A stretch of 32,000 bases of DNA from Asticcacaulis excentricus CB 48. GTDB lineage: Bacteria > Pseudomonadota > Alphaproteobacteria > Caulobacterales > Caulobacteraceae. The translations under genes were made by a program, and so were the position numbers. Position 1 is the stretch's first letter. The number at the start of each line of letters is the position of its first letter. Below, in pieces: positions 6,771 to 14,314 of this stretch. The stretch spans positions 1,618,843 to 1,650,842 of the forward strand of contig NC_014816.1 of NCBI RefSeq assembly GCF_000175215.2. Direction: 5' to 3'. Below the pieces are notes generated by a model. It did not search any database and was not told the DNA's origin. It saw only the letters and a list, made by a program, of their open reading frames with translations.

Positions 6771-8708
6771 ATGGCGGAAGATACCTCTCTCGAAGCCGCC
6801 CTCGCCCGACTGTTCAACACGCCGTCGGGGCTTAAGGCCGCCAGTTGGATCACTCTGACCGGCGGCACGCGGCTGTTCAGCGCCGGCGATGAGTCCGACC
6901 ATCTCTATTTGCTGCGCAGCGGGCGCATGGGCGTGTTTCGCCACGACGACGACCATCAGGGCCTACACCTGATCGGGGTGATCAAACCGGGGGAGCCGGT
7001 GGGTGAAATGTCGCTGATCGCGGACACGCCGCACACCTCGACCGTCATTGCCTTGCGCGACTGCGAGCTGATGGTTCTGCCCAAGGCCGACTTCCTTAAG
7101 GCCATCGAAGCCGCGCCGGACGTGTTGCTGGCGCTTTCGAAACAGATGATCGAGCGCGCCCGCTCCGGCACGCCGCGCGAAGGCCGACGCCACAACACCC
7201 CCAATGTCTTCGCCTTTTTCGCTCTGAACGACATCATCGTACGCCCGCTGGTCGAACGCATTGCCGAACAGGTACGCGCACTGGGCTACCGCGTTGCCTT
7301 GCTCGATAAGGATCACCACGGCACGGGTGCTGATGTTTTTGCCGAGGCCGAGGCGAACAACGACTATGTGCTGCATGTCGCTGAAAAGCCAGAAAGCCAC
7401 TGGCGGCTGCTGAGTTCGCGTCAGGTCGATCACACCTTCTGGATCGCCGACGCCCGCCACCATTCGCAGCGCCCCCACAGCGACCCGGCGCGCCTGCCGG
7501 CCAGCACGCTTAACCTCGAAGACTCGCAGCTGCTCGACCCACTGGGCCTGCAACGCGCGCCCGATCTGATCCTCATCCAGGCGCAGGAGGCCGATGGGCG
7601 TAAAGTAATCGCCCATACGCGTGACTGGCTCGATGCTTTCAAACCGGCGCGCTGGTTCCACGTCGGTGAGCACTCGTTGCCCGACGCGGCGCGCCTCGCC
7701 CGCATCGTCACCGGCCATTCCATCGGCGTCGTGTTTTCCGGCGGCGGGGCGCGCGCCTTTTCGCACATCGGCGCGGTTCAGGCTCTGCGCGAAGCCCATG
7801 TCCCCATCGACTTCATCTGCGGCTCGTCCATGGGGGCGATCGTCGGCGGCTGCGTGGCGCTCGACTGGTCGGACGCTGAAATCGACACCCATATCCGCGA
7901 AGCCTTTGTCATGTCCTCGCCGCTGGATGATGTCACCTTCCCGTTTGTAGCCCTGACCGGTGGGCGCAAGGTCGATCAGCGGTTAGAAGCGCATTTTGGC
8001 GACGTGCTGATCGAAGACCTGCCGCTGCCCTTCTTCTGCCTGTCGTCCAACCTAACCTCCGGCACCATCAAGGTGCACAAGTCGGGCCGCCTGCGTCAGG
8101 CCCTGCGCGCCTCCATCTCCCTGCCGGGCGTCATGCCGCCGGTGGTCGAAGACGATCAGGTGCTGGTCGATGGGGCCGTGATGCGCTCCTTCCCGGCCCT
8201 GATGATGCGCAATTCGCACCTGGGCACGGTCATCGGCGTCGATGTCACACGTGCCAAGGGGATCGACCCCAAGAGCGTGCACGTTCCCAAAAGCCTGCCA
8301 ACCTGGTTCCTCAAAGGCGACTGGCGTAAGGGACCGCCGATTGTCTCGATCCTGATGCGTTCGGCCACCATAACCACCGCGGCCGATCTGGAACAGAGCC
8401 GTCTGGCCTGCGACCTGCTGATCATTCCCGAACCCGAAGGCGTCGAAATCCGCGAATGGCACGCCTATGATCTGGCGGTGGAATCCGGCTATCAGACCAG
8501 CGTGCAAAGTCTGGCCCAGCTTGAGCACCCCGTGACGCAGTTGCGCAAACTGGGCATAAGCCTGCACCCCAATATCCCGGCCTTTACTCCGGACGACAGC
8601 TTCCTGACCCCGCCACGCCCTGAAAAGCTGAAATACACGCTGAAACCGCAGGGCGTGACCTTGCCGCGTTTCCTCAAGGGGCCGAAAAAACCGCAACCCA
8701 AGCTGTAG
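6771..8708 (+). CDS. Cyclic-nucleotide-binding-domain / patatin-like phospholipase fusion protein (NTE/RssA-like)
   Basis: The N-terminal ~130 aa form a CAP-type cNMP-binding fold (GDESDHLYLLRSGRMGV...GEPVGEMSLIADTPHTSTVIAL). The patatin motifs are GGGARAF (aa 324-330), GSSMG (aa 351-355, Ser353 encoded at 7827-7829) and DGA (aa 467-469). Confidence 0.9.
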   Translation: MAEDTSLEAALARLFNTPSGLKAASWITLTGGTRLFSAGDESDHLYLLRSGRMGVFRHDDDHQGLHLIGVIKPGEPVGEMSLIADTPHTSTVIALRDCELMVLPKADFLKAIEAAPDVLLALSKQMIERARSGTPREGRRHNTPNVFAFFALNDIIVRPLVERIAEQVRALGYRVALLDKDHHGTGADVFAEAEANNDYVLHVAEKPESHWRLLSSRQVDHTFWIADARHHSQRPHSDPARLPASTLNLEDSQLLDPLGLQRAPDLILIQAQEADGRKVIAHTRDWLDAFKPARWFHVGEHSLPDAARLARIVTGHSIGVVFSGGGARAFSHIGAVQALREAHVPIDFICGSSMGAIVGGCVALDWSDAEIDTHIREAFVMSSPLDDVTFPFVALTGGRKVDQRLEAHFGDVLIEDLPLPFFCLSSNLTSGTIKVHKSGRLRQALRASISLPGVMPPVVEDDQVLVDGAVMRSFPALMMRNSHLGTVIGVDVTRAKGIDPKSVHVPKSLPTWFLKGDWRKGPPIVSILMRSATITTAADLEQSRLACDLLIIPEPEGVEIREWHAYDLAVESGYQTSVQSLAQLEHPVTQLRKLGISLHPNIPAFTPDDSFLTPPRPEKLKYTLKPQGVTLPRFLKGPKKPQPKL

Positions 8709-8761
8709 CGGCGCGCGGCAAAGCGGGGTAGGAAGCGTTCAACAACTCAGCAGGGTCCGGC

Positions 8762-9553
8762 ATGAAAATCTTCACTTACAACGTCAATTCGGTGAATGCG
8801 CGCCTGCCCCTAATCCTGGAGTGGTTCGAAGAGACGCAGCCCGATGTCTGCGCCCTTCAGGAACTGAAATGCCTGGACGAAAAGTTCCCGTATGAGCCCT
8901 TTGAACGTCTGGGTTACAACGCCGCTGTGCACGGGCAAAAGACGTGGAACGGCGTGGCTCTGCTGTCGAAGCAACCGTTGATTGACGTGGTGCGCGGCCT
9001 GCCGGGCGAGCCGGAAGATGAGCAGTCGCGCTATATCGAAGCCGTGGTCGATGGCTCGGTGCCGGTGCGCGTTACCTCTATCTATCTGCCCAATGGCAAC
9101 CCGATCGGCACCGACAAATACCCCTATAAACACCGCTGGTACAAGCGCTTGCAGGCGCGCGCCAAGGAGATACTAGCCTTTGAAGAGATCAGCGTTTTAT
9201 CAGGTGATTTCAATACCATACCGACCAAGTCTGACCTTTACCGGGAGTCAGCATGGCTGGATGACGCGCTTTATCAGCCCGAAACACGCGCAGCCTATCA
9301 ATCATTGAAAAACCTCGGCTACAGCGACGCTTGCGACCTGATGCCGCCCGAAGGCAACCGCTACACCTTCTGGGACTATCAGGCGGGGGCGTGGCAAAAG
9401 AACGAAGGCATCCGCATCGACCACCATTTGCTGTCGCCGCAGGCCGCCGACCGCCTGAAAAGCTTCGAAATCCACAAAGACGCCCGCGGTCGCACTCACG
9501 ATGATGCCAAACCGTCGGACCACGTCCCGGTGGGCGTGGAACTGGATGTTTAG
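8762..9553 (+). CDS. xthA: Exodeoxyribonuclease III
   Basis: 263 aa. MKIFTYNVNSVNARL..., ...LQELK..., WDYQAGAWQKNEGIRIDHHLLSP and SDHVPV are EEP-family ExoIII motifs. Confidence 0.93.
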   Translation: MKIFTYNVNSVNARLPLILEWFEETQPDVCALQELKCLDEKFPYEPFERLGYNAAVHGQKTWNGVALLSKQPLIDVVRGLPGEPEDEQSRYIEAVVDGSVPVRVTSIYLPNGNPIGTDKYPYKHRWYKRLQARAKEILAFEEISVLSGDFNTIPTKSDLYRESAWLDDALYQPETRAAYQSLKNLGYSDACDLMPPEGNRYTFWDYQAGAWQKNEGIRIDHHLLSPQAADRLKSFEIHKDARGRTHDDAKPSDHVPVGVELDV

Positions 9554-9627
9554 CAGTCACTATACCTATTCTTAACCCGATACCGGTAAGGACTGATTAA
9601 ACATTTGATCGGTCATGTAACTGTGTA

Positions 9628-10218
9628 ATGGAAGAAGCCTTCCGCGTCATCTTGTGGTTTGCCTTTGCGGCCCTGCTCCTGACCCTGGTCGCGTCAGGTG
9701 CCCTGTGGTGGCATGAGAGCACTCGCCGTCTGGCGCGCGGCCTGACCGCCGCCATAGGTAAGTCCCCGGACGCTATCATCTTCGATACCGGCATGAAAAA
9801 GGCCGCTGGCCTCGACTTCACGCACGGTGATCTGGCCGTCCTGTGGGATCTGGGGCGGCACGGACTGGTCTTTAGTTTTGATGAGATCGAAGGGGCCGAA
9901 CTGATTGTTGATGAGCGCGTCGTGGCACGCACTCAGAAGGGTGAACCGCGCCGTGTCCTCGAAGAAACCTATCCGGGGGCATCGCGCGTCGTGTTACGGC
10001 TTATCTTCAATGATCTGGAGACGCCGGAGTTTGAGGTCACCTTGTTCGGCGACCTGACGACTCATGCGGCCTACCCCAAAACGGCCAGCGAGGCGGTACA
10101 ACTGGGTCGTAAATGGCTATCACACATCGACGCCGTGATCAAACGCACACCACCAAAGGCGCAACCGGTTCGCCCTGCGACGCCTGAACCCCAAATCGAA
10201 GGCCCGGAGCACGATTAA
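9628..10218 (+). CDS. Hypothetical single-pass membrane protein with a PH-like C-terminal module (paralogue 1)
   Basis: The ORF starts at the ATG at 9628. It has an N-terminal TM helix (VILWFAFAALLLTLVASGALWW). Residues 80-173 align without gaps to residues 88-181 of the next gene. Codon third positions are G+C-rich like the neighbouring genes. Confidence 0.7.
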   Translation: MEEAFRVILWFAFAALLLTLVASGALWWHESTRRLARGLTAAIGKSPDAIIFDTGMKKAAGLDFTHGDLAVLWDLGRHGLVFSFDEIEGAELIVDERVVARTQKGEPRRVLEETYPGASRVVLRLIFNDLETPEFEVTLFGDLTTHAAYPKTASEAVQLGRKWLSHIDAVIKRTPPKAQPVRPATPEPQIEGPEHD

Positions 10219-10297
10219 ATCCACACCTGTGGCGTGCGGGCTCTTAACGGCTGCGCCAATTCGTGGTTAATATGACGCCATTGTTCGTATTTGGGGG

Positions 10298-11026
10298 TTG
10301 AACGCAAGAGCCGTGAACCAGTACCTGCCGACCATTATCATCCTCACGGCAGCCGCCCTGGCCATCCTGTTAATCCTTTACCGGATATGGGATTCGCGCG
10401 TCGAAGCGCCCAAAAAGCTCGAGGACGAAGTCGCCGAAGCTCTAAATGGCGCAAAGGCCGATGTGGCCTCCATAGAACCAGCGCGCAAAGCAGCCGCCGC
10501 CCTCTCCTATCTCGGCAATCGCTGCGTGATCGTGCGTGAGTTTGGGAAACTTCCGACGCGCCTCTACACCATGGCCGAACTTATCGGCATCGAGGTCTTC
10601 GTCAATAATAAGGTCGCAGCCCGCATCATTCGTGGCGGCCCACACAAGATGTTCGACGACATTGCACCGCAGGTTGATCGCGTCACCATCCGACTGATGT
10701 TCAATGACCCGTCAAAGCCCGATTTCGAGTTGATCTTGTGGGACCCCAACGACGCCCTTACGGCGCGCGCCGAAGGGCCACGCGCCGCGATGGAAACGGC
10801 GCGACGCTGGTTCTATCACGTCGAAGCGATCATTCGTAAGCCATTGGCGGATATCGAAAAAGAGCTTACGCCGCCCGCGCCGCCGCCGCCAGAGCCCGCC
10901 CCAAAGCCGCCGGTTCACGATCATCGCAATGATGACTCTGACAATGACGACGCCCCACCGCCGGCGCCCAAACCGGGCCACAAAGACGGCGACGTGCTCA
11001 ATTCCCCCTTGATACAGTATCTGTAA
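10298..11026 (+). CDS. Hypothetical single-pass membrane protein with a PH-like module and a Pro-rich/acidic tail (paralogue 2)
   Basis: It has an N-terminal TM helix (LPTIIILTAAALAILLILY) and is homologous to the preceding gene, sharing RL(I/M)FND..P(E/D)FE and W..H(I/V)(D/E)A(V/I)I. The C-terminus is low-complexity (PPAPPPPEPAPKPP...NDDSDNDDAPPPAPKP). The start is uncertain: TTG at 10298 or GTG at 10313. Confidence 0.7.
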   Translation: MNARAVNQYLPTIIILTAAALAILLILYRIWDSRVEAPKKLEDEVAEALNGAKADVASIEPARKAAAALSYLGNRCVIVREFGKLPTRLYTMAELIGIEVFVNNKVAARIIRGGPHKMFDDIAPQVDRVTIRLMFNDPSKPDFELILWDPNDALTARAEGPRAAMETARRWFYHVEAIIRKPLADIEKELTPPAPPPPEPAPKPPVHDHRNDDSDNDDAPPPAPKPGHKDGDVLNSPLIQYL

Positions 11027-11038
11027 GGCGATCTATCC

Positions 11039-11725
11039 ATGTGGACCCTGGCTTTGGCCTGCGCCTTCTTCATCCTGATTCATATTCTGGTGTCCGGCTC
11101 AGATCTGCGGCAGCAGATGATCGGCGCCATCGGCACGCGCACCTACTTCATCCTGTTCAGCCTGTTGTCGTTCATGGGGTTTATCTGGATGATCGCCGCC
11201 TATTACGACTCGCGTGGAGACCCGGCCAATCTGCACCTGTGGTCGGCGCCCTTCCTCCTAAAAATTCTGGCCTTCGCGGTCAATTTCGTCAGCCTGACGC
11301 TTATTATCGTCGGGGCCCTTAGCCCCAGCCCGACGGCCTTGAGCTCACTGCGCAAACTACCAGATCGTCCGGTTAGCGGCATCATCCGCATCAGCCGTCA
11401 CCCGGTGCTGGCAGGTATCGGCTTGTTGTCGGCCACGCACTTGATCACCACAGGCACGCTGGCGGCATGGGTGTTTTTCGGGACGTTGCTTTCGCTAAGC
11501 CTGTTGGGGGCCAACAGCATCGACCGTAAGCGCGAAGAAAAGTACGGTGAAGCCTATCACGCGATTATGCGCGCGACCTCCATCTTGCCGTTCCTCGCCA
11601 TTGCACAGAAGCGGGTACGCTTTGAGGCGTCAGAGCTGGGTGTGTTACGCGTCATGGTTGCCACATCCGTCTTTACCTGTCTGGTGGTTTTGCATGAACT
11701 ACTGTTCCTACGGCCGGCGCTCTAG
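11039..11725 (+). CDS. NnrU-family integral membrane protein
   Basis: 228 aa and polytopic. The motif ISRHPVLAGIGLLSATHLITTG resembles the NnrU RHP...H signature. The gene starts 12 nt after the stop of the upstream paralogue. Confidence 0.8.
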   Translation: MWTLALACAFFILIHILVSGSDLRQQMIGAIGTRTYFILFSLLSFMGFIWMIAAYYDSRGDPANLHLWSAPFLLKILAFAVNFVSLTLIIVGALSPSPTALSSLRKLPDRPVSGIIRISRHPVLAGIGLLSATHLITTGTLAAWVFFGTLLSLSLLGANSIDRKREEKYGEAYHAIMRATSILPFLAIAQKRVRFEASELGVLRVMVATSVFTCLVVLHELLFLRPAL

Positions 11726-11893
11726 TTCCCGTCCAAACCCAGCCTTTTTCGCCCTTTACGCGAACGCAGACGCGCGACTTCCCGACTTCGGTGCAACGCC
11801 GCAAAAAAATCCTTAACGCCCCATTGATCTCATCACAAATGTTTGAATAACTGCGGATAGGATGCGGAACCGGGGTAAACGCGCGGGTATTTC

Positions 11894-12079
11894 ATGAAAC
11901 TGACGGCAACGACAATCTTGCTGTTCCTGATCTCGGTGAGCCTCGTGTTCGCCAGTCTGATCGGCTATTTCCGTCCTTTCGAGGGCGAAGGCGTCGACTT
12001 CATGACCCAGTACAAGTACGTGCTGCTGGGCGCCGGTTATGCCGTCCTGGCCTTTGCCGTGATTTTCAAAAGCCGGTGA
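11894..12079 (+). CDS. Small hypothetical membrane protein (61 aa, two predicted TM helices)
   Basis: MKLTATTILLFLISVSLVFASLIGYF...YVLLGAGYAVLAFAVIF. Codon third positions are G/C-rich as in the flanking genes. There is no strong Shine-Dalgarno sequence and I do not recognise a family. Confidence 0.5.
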   Translation: MKLTATTILLFLISVSLVFASLIGYFRPFEGEGVDFMTQYKYVLLGAGYAVLAFAVIFKSR

Positions 12080-12184
12080 GAATTAGCGACAACGGCACGA
12101 AAAGCACCAACGCCGAGCTACAATTCTGTTCGCCCTGAATGGTCAATGATGTGCGGGTGGCATATGCGACATCAGGCGCTTCAT

Positions 12185-12238
12185 GCAACGCATCCACGTA
12201 ACCATGTTCGCGCAACGCATCCACGTAACCATGCTCGC
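12185..12238. repeat. Tandem direct duplication, 2 x 27 bp (26/27 identical)
   Basis: Read directly: gcaacgcatccacgtaaccatgTtcgc at 12185-12211 and gcaacgcatccacgtaaccatgCtcgc at 12212-12238. The repeat lies in the convergent intergenic region between the small membrane-protein gene and the Gfo/Idh/MocA gene. Confidence 0.9.
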
Positions 12239-12256
12239 GTTTTTCGGAGTTTAATC

Positions 12257-13213
12257 CTAAACCGCGTCCTTACCCGACACGGCGTCATCAATCGCCAGCG
12301 CCAGACACAGGGCTTTCAGCGCCTCTGCGCCAGTCGCCAGAGGCTTATCGCGCTGCCCAGCGACCATATCCAGAAAACGGAACACGCTGGTCCCAAGCGG
12401 GTCACGCGCAATGTCGGCCTGAGCAAAGTCGGGATTGAGGTCGAACGGCGTGCCGTTTTCAAACTTACGGTTAAGCAGGTCGATAAACACCTCACCCGAC
12501 GGATAGACGAGCCGCATGGTGCGTTCGCGCGCCTCAGCCATACGCGATGCCGCAAAGGTCGCCACGAACCCATCGTCGAACTTGACCTCGGCAGAGACTT
12601 CATCGGCTCCCACGGCCGTATATCCGGCCTCTTGGCGAAAGCGTGCCGACACCTCGATGCCGCCAGCCTCACCGGCGGCCAGAGTCAGCCCCAGATCGAG
12701 GTCGTGGATCATCAGATCCAGCACCACCGACACATCCAGATTGCGCGTCGAAATCGTACCATTGCGCACGGCCTCCATACGCAACGGGCGTTCCGGCACC
12801 GCATAAAGCCCCATAGCTTCAAACACGGCGCGCTCCTGATGGCCACAGGCCAGCACCACACCTTTTTCGGCGGCCAGAGCGACCATGGCGTCACCATCCT
12901 CGACCGTGATAGCCAGCGGCTTTTCGACATAGGTGTGCACCCCTGCCGCCAACGCCTTCAGAGCAACCTGTGCATGAGCAAAGGCCGGGACAGCTACCGT
13001 AATCACATCCAGTTCGGCCAGAAACGCCTCGAACTCATCGCCGCCAAAGGCCTTGACGCCCAGCTTTTCAGCCGCGACTTCGGCACGGGATTTTTCGAGA
13101 TCATAGATACCCACAAAACGTACAAGACCGGCCGCTTCGGCCTCCTTGTACTTGTTGGCGTGATAAACCCCGAAAACGCCGGCACCGGCGACCCCTGCGC
13201 GTAGGACGGTCAT
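12257..13213 (-). CDS. Gfo/Idh/MocA-family NAD(P)-dependent oxidoreductase
   Basis: The ATG at 13213 gives MTVLRAGVAGAGVFGVYHANKY... (Rossmann GxGxxG), then ...VHTYVEKPLA (EKP motif). The listed 349-aa ORF start at 13306 adds a non-homologous extension. Confidence 0.85.
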   Translation of the reverse strand: MTVLRAGVAGAGVFGVYHANKYKEAEAAGLVRFVGIYDLEKSRAEVAAEKLGVKAFGGDEFEAFLAELDVITVAVPAFAHAQVALKALAAGVHTYVEKPLAITVEDGDAMVALAAEKGVVLACGHQERAVFEAMGLYAVPERPLRMEAVRNGTISTRNLDVSVVLDLMIHDLDLGLTLAAGEAGGIEVSARFRQEAGYTAVGADEVSAEVKFDDGFVATFAASRMAEARERTMRLVYPSGEVFIDLLNRKFENGTPFDLNPDFAQADIARDPLGTSVFRFLDMVAGQRDKPLATGAEALKALCLALAIDDAVSGKDAV

Positions 13214-13397
13214 AAGCCTCACACCCTTGTAAGCCATTGAACGGCGCCCGTTGTACACAGGATTTCCCCCCTTGTGTAACCATAAAAGCGGTATTCGCGC
13301 GGACAATGCACAGTTTAGGGTTTGGCCACGTCGTAACCTTGGGCTAAAAGCGCCCGAATGCTTTCCCCCGTATTTGTCCCCATATCGGAGTAGCCCT

Positions 13398-14297
13398 ATG
13401 GCGCGTCTTTTCGGAGCCTATGTGATCGTTGACTGGAGCGCCGCCGAGGGCAAGAAAACCGGCGAGTCTTCGGTATGGATCGGCGTGATGAAGCGCGACG
13501 TGCGTTTTCGCCTGTCCTACGAAAGACATAATCCGGCGACACGCGCCGAAGCCGTGGCGCTTCTGAAAACCCTCCTCGCCGATCTGCACAAGCGCGGCGA
13601 CCGGGTTTTCGTCGGCTTCGACTTCAATTTTGGCTTCCCGCGCGGCACAGCGGCGAAGCTCGGCCTCGAAGGCTGGGCCCAGATGTGGGACTTCGTTGTC
13701 AAAAACGTCGTTGATAAGCCCGATAACACCAATAACCGCTTTGCCGTCGCCGCAAAGATGAACCGGCTGATGACCGATGAGGCCTATCCCTTCTGGGGTT
13801 GTCCCAAGAGCGCGGCGCAGAAGTGGCTTTCGACGCTGAAACCCGCCTCTTACGGCGACTTCCCGGAGTTTCGCCTGACCGAAGAGGCGGCGCGCAAACT
13901 CGGCAAATCGTCCCAGGCCAAGAGCGTGTGGCAGATGCACGGCGCGGGCGTGGTGGGCGGTCAGACCCTGCTGGGCATTACAGCAGTGCGCGCGGTGAAG
14001 ACGGCCCTTGACGGTAAGGCGGTCATCTGGCCGTTTGACACGGGCTTTGGGGCGCTAAACGAAGAAACGCTGGACGGCGTGAACACCGTGCTGGCTGAAA
14101 TCTATCCGTCCCTTTATCCCGGCGTCGCGGAACCCGGCGAAGTCAAGGACGCCACCCAGGTGCGCCTTACGGCCGCGGCTCTGGCTGAGATGGACGACAA
14201 GGACGCGCTGGCGGCCAAATTCGCCGCTCCGGCCCACCTCAGCGCCGAAGACGCCGCCATCGCGCTCGGCGAAGAAGGGTGGATTTTGGGGGTCTGA
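13398..14297 (+). CDS. Conserved hypothetical protein (299 aa), function unknown
   Basis: The ATG at 13398 is preceded by GGAG at 13387-13390. The protein reads MARLFGAYVIVDWSAAEGKK...VFVGFDFNFGFPRG...PFWGCP...KSVWQMHGAGVVGGQTLLG...VIWPFDTGF...AEIYPSLYP...DATQVRL...EEGWILGV. Codon usage is strongly coding-like. It resembles proteins I recall being inconsistently annotated in alphaproteobacteria, possibly with a DUF429/RNase-H-like fold, but I have not verified this. Confidence 0.75.
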   Translation: MARLFGAYVIVDWSAAEGKKTGESSVWIGVMKRDVRFRLSYERHNPATRAEAVALLKTLLADLHKRGDRVFVGFDFNFGFPRGTAAKLGLEGWAQMWDFVVKNVVDKPDNTNNRFAVAAKMNRLMTDEAYPFWGCPKSAAQKWLSTLKPASYGDFPEFRLTEEAARKLGKSSQAKSVWQMHGAGVVGGQTLLGITAVRAVKTALDGKAVIWPFDTGFGALNEETLDGVNTVLAEIYPSLYPGVAEPGEVKDATQVRLTAAALAEMDDKDALAAKFAAPAHLSAEDAAIALGEEGWILGV

Positions 14298-14314
14298 TCG
14301 GGCAGGCTCAGGGT

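Noticed and set aside
6771-8708. The patatin-like phospholipase as a CBASS (CapV-like) or other anti-phage effector.
   Set aside because: The window contains no CD-NTase/cyclase, no Cap2/Cap3-type accessory genes and no other defence genes. The lipase carries its own fused sensor domain and sits among housekeeping genes (DUF1489, xthA). The architecture fits the widespread NTE/RssA-like family rather than a defence operon.
9581-9588. An 8-bp perfect palindrome, TACCGGTA, upstream of the first paralogue gene, considered as an operator.
   Set aside because: It is too short to distinguish from chance, I saw no second copy upstream of the paralogous gene and it matches no known regulator motif that I can name.
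12185-12238. The 27-bp repeats as a minimal CRISPR array.
   Set aside because: There are only two copies. They are directly abutting with no spacer, no cas genes are present and there is no leader. This is a simple tandem duplication.
12146-13204. A 352-aa plus-strand ORF covering almost the whole Gfo/Idh/MocA gene. Similar long antisense ORFs occur at 6963-7892, 21515-22252, 22759-23412, 30864-31700, 8052-8696, 14748-15449, 4383-4994, 5398-5982 and 13344-13940.
   Set aside because: Each lies exactly opposite a gene with clear family motifs. Their translations are Arg/His/Gly/Pro-rich low-information strings with no recognisable motifs. Long stop-free antisense frames are the expected by-product of G+C-rich third-codon positions. 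I treat them as shadow ORFs, not overlapping genes.
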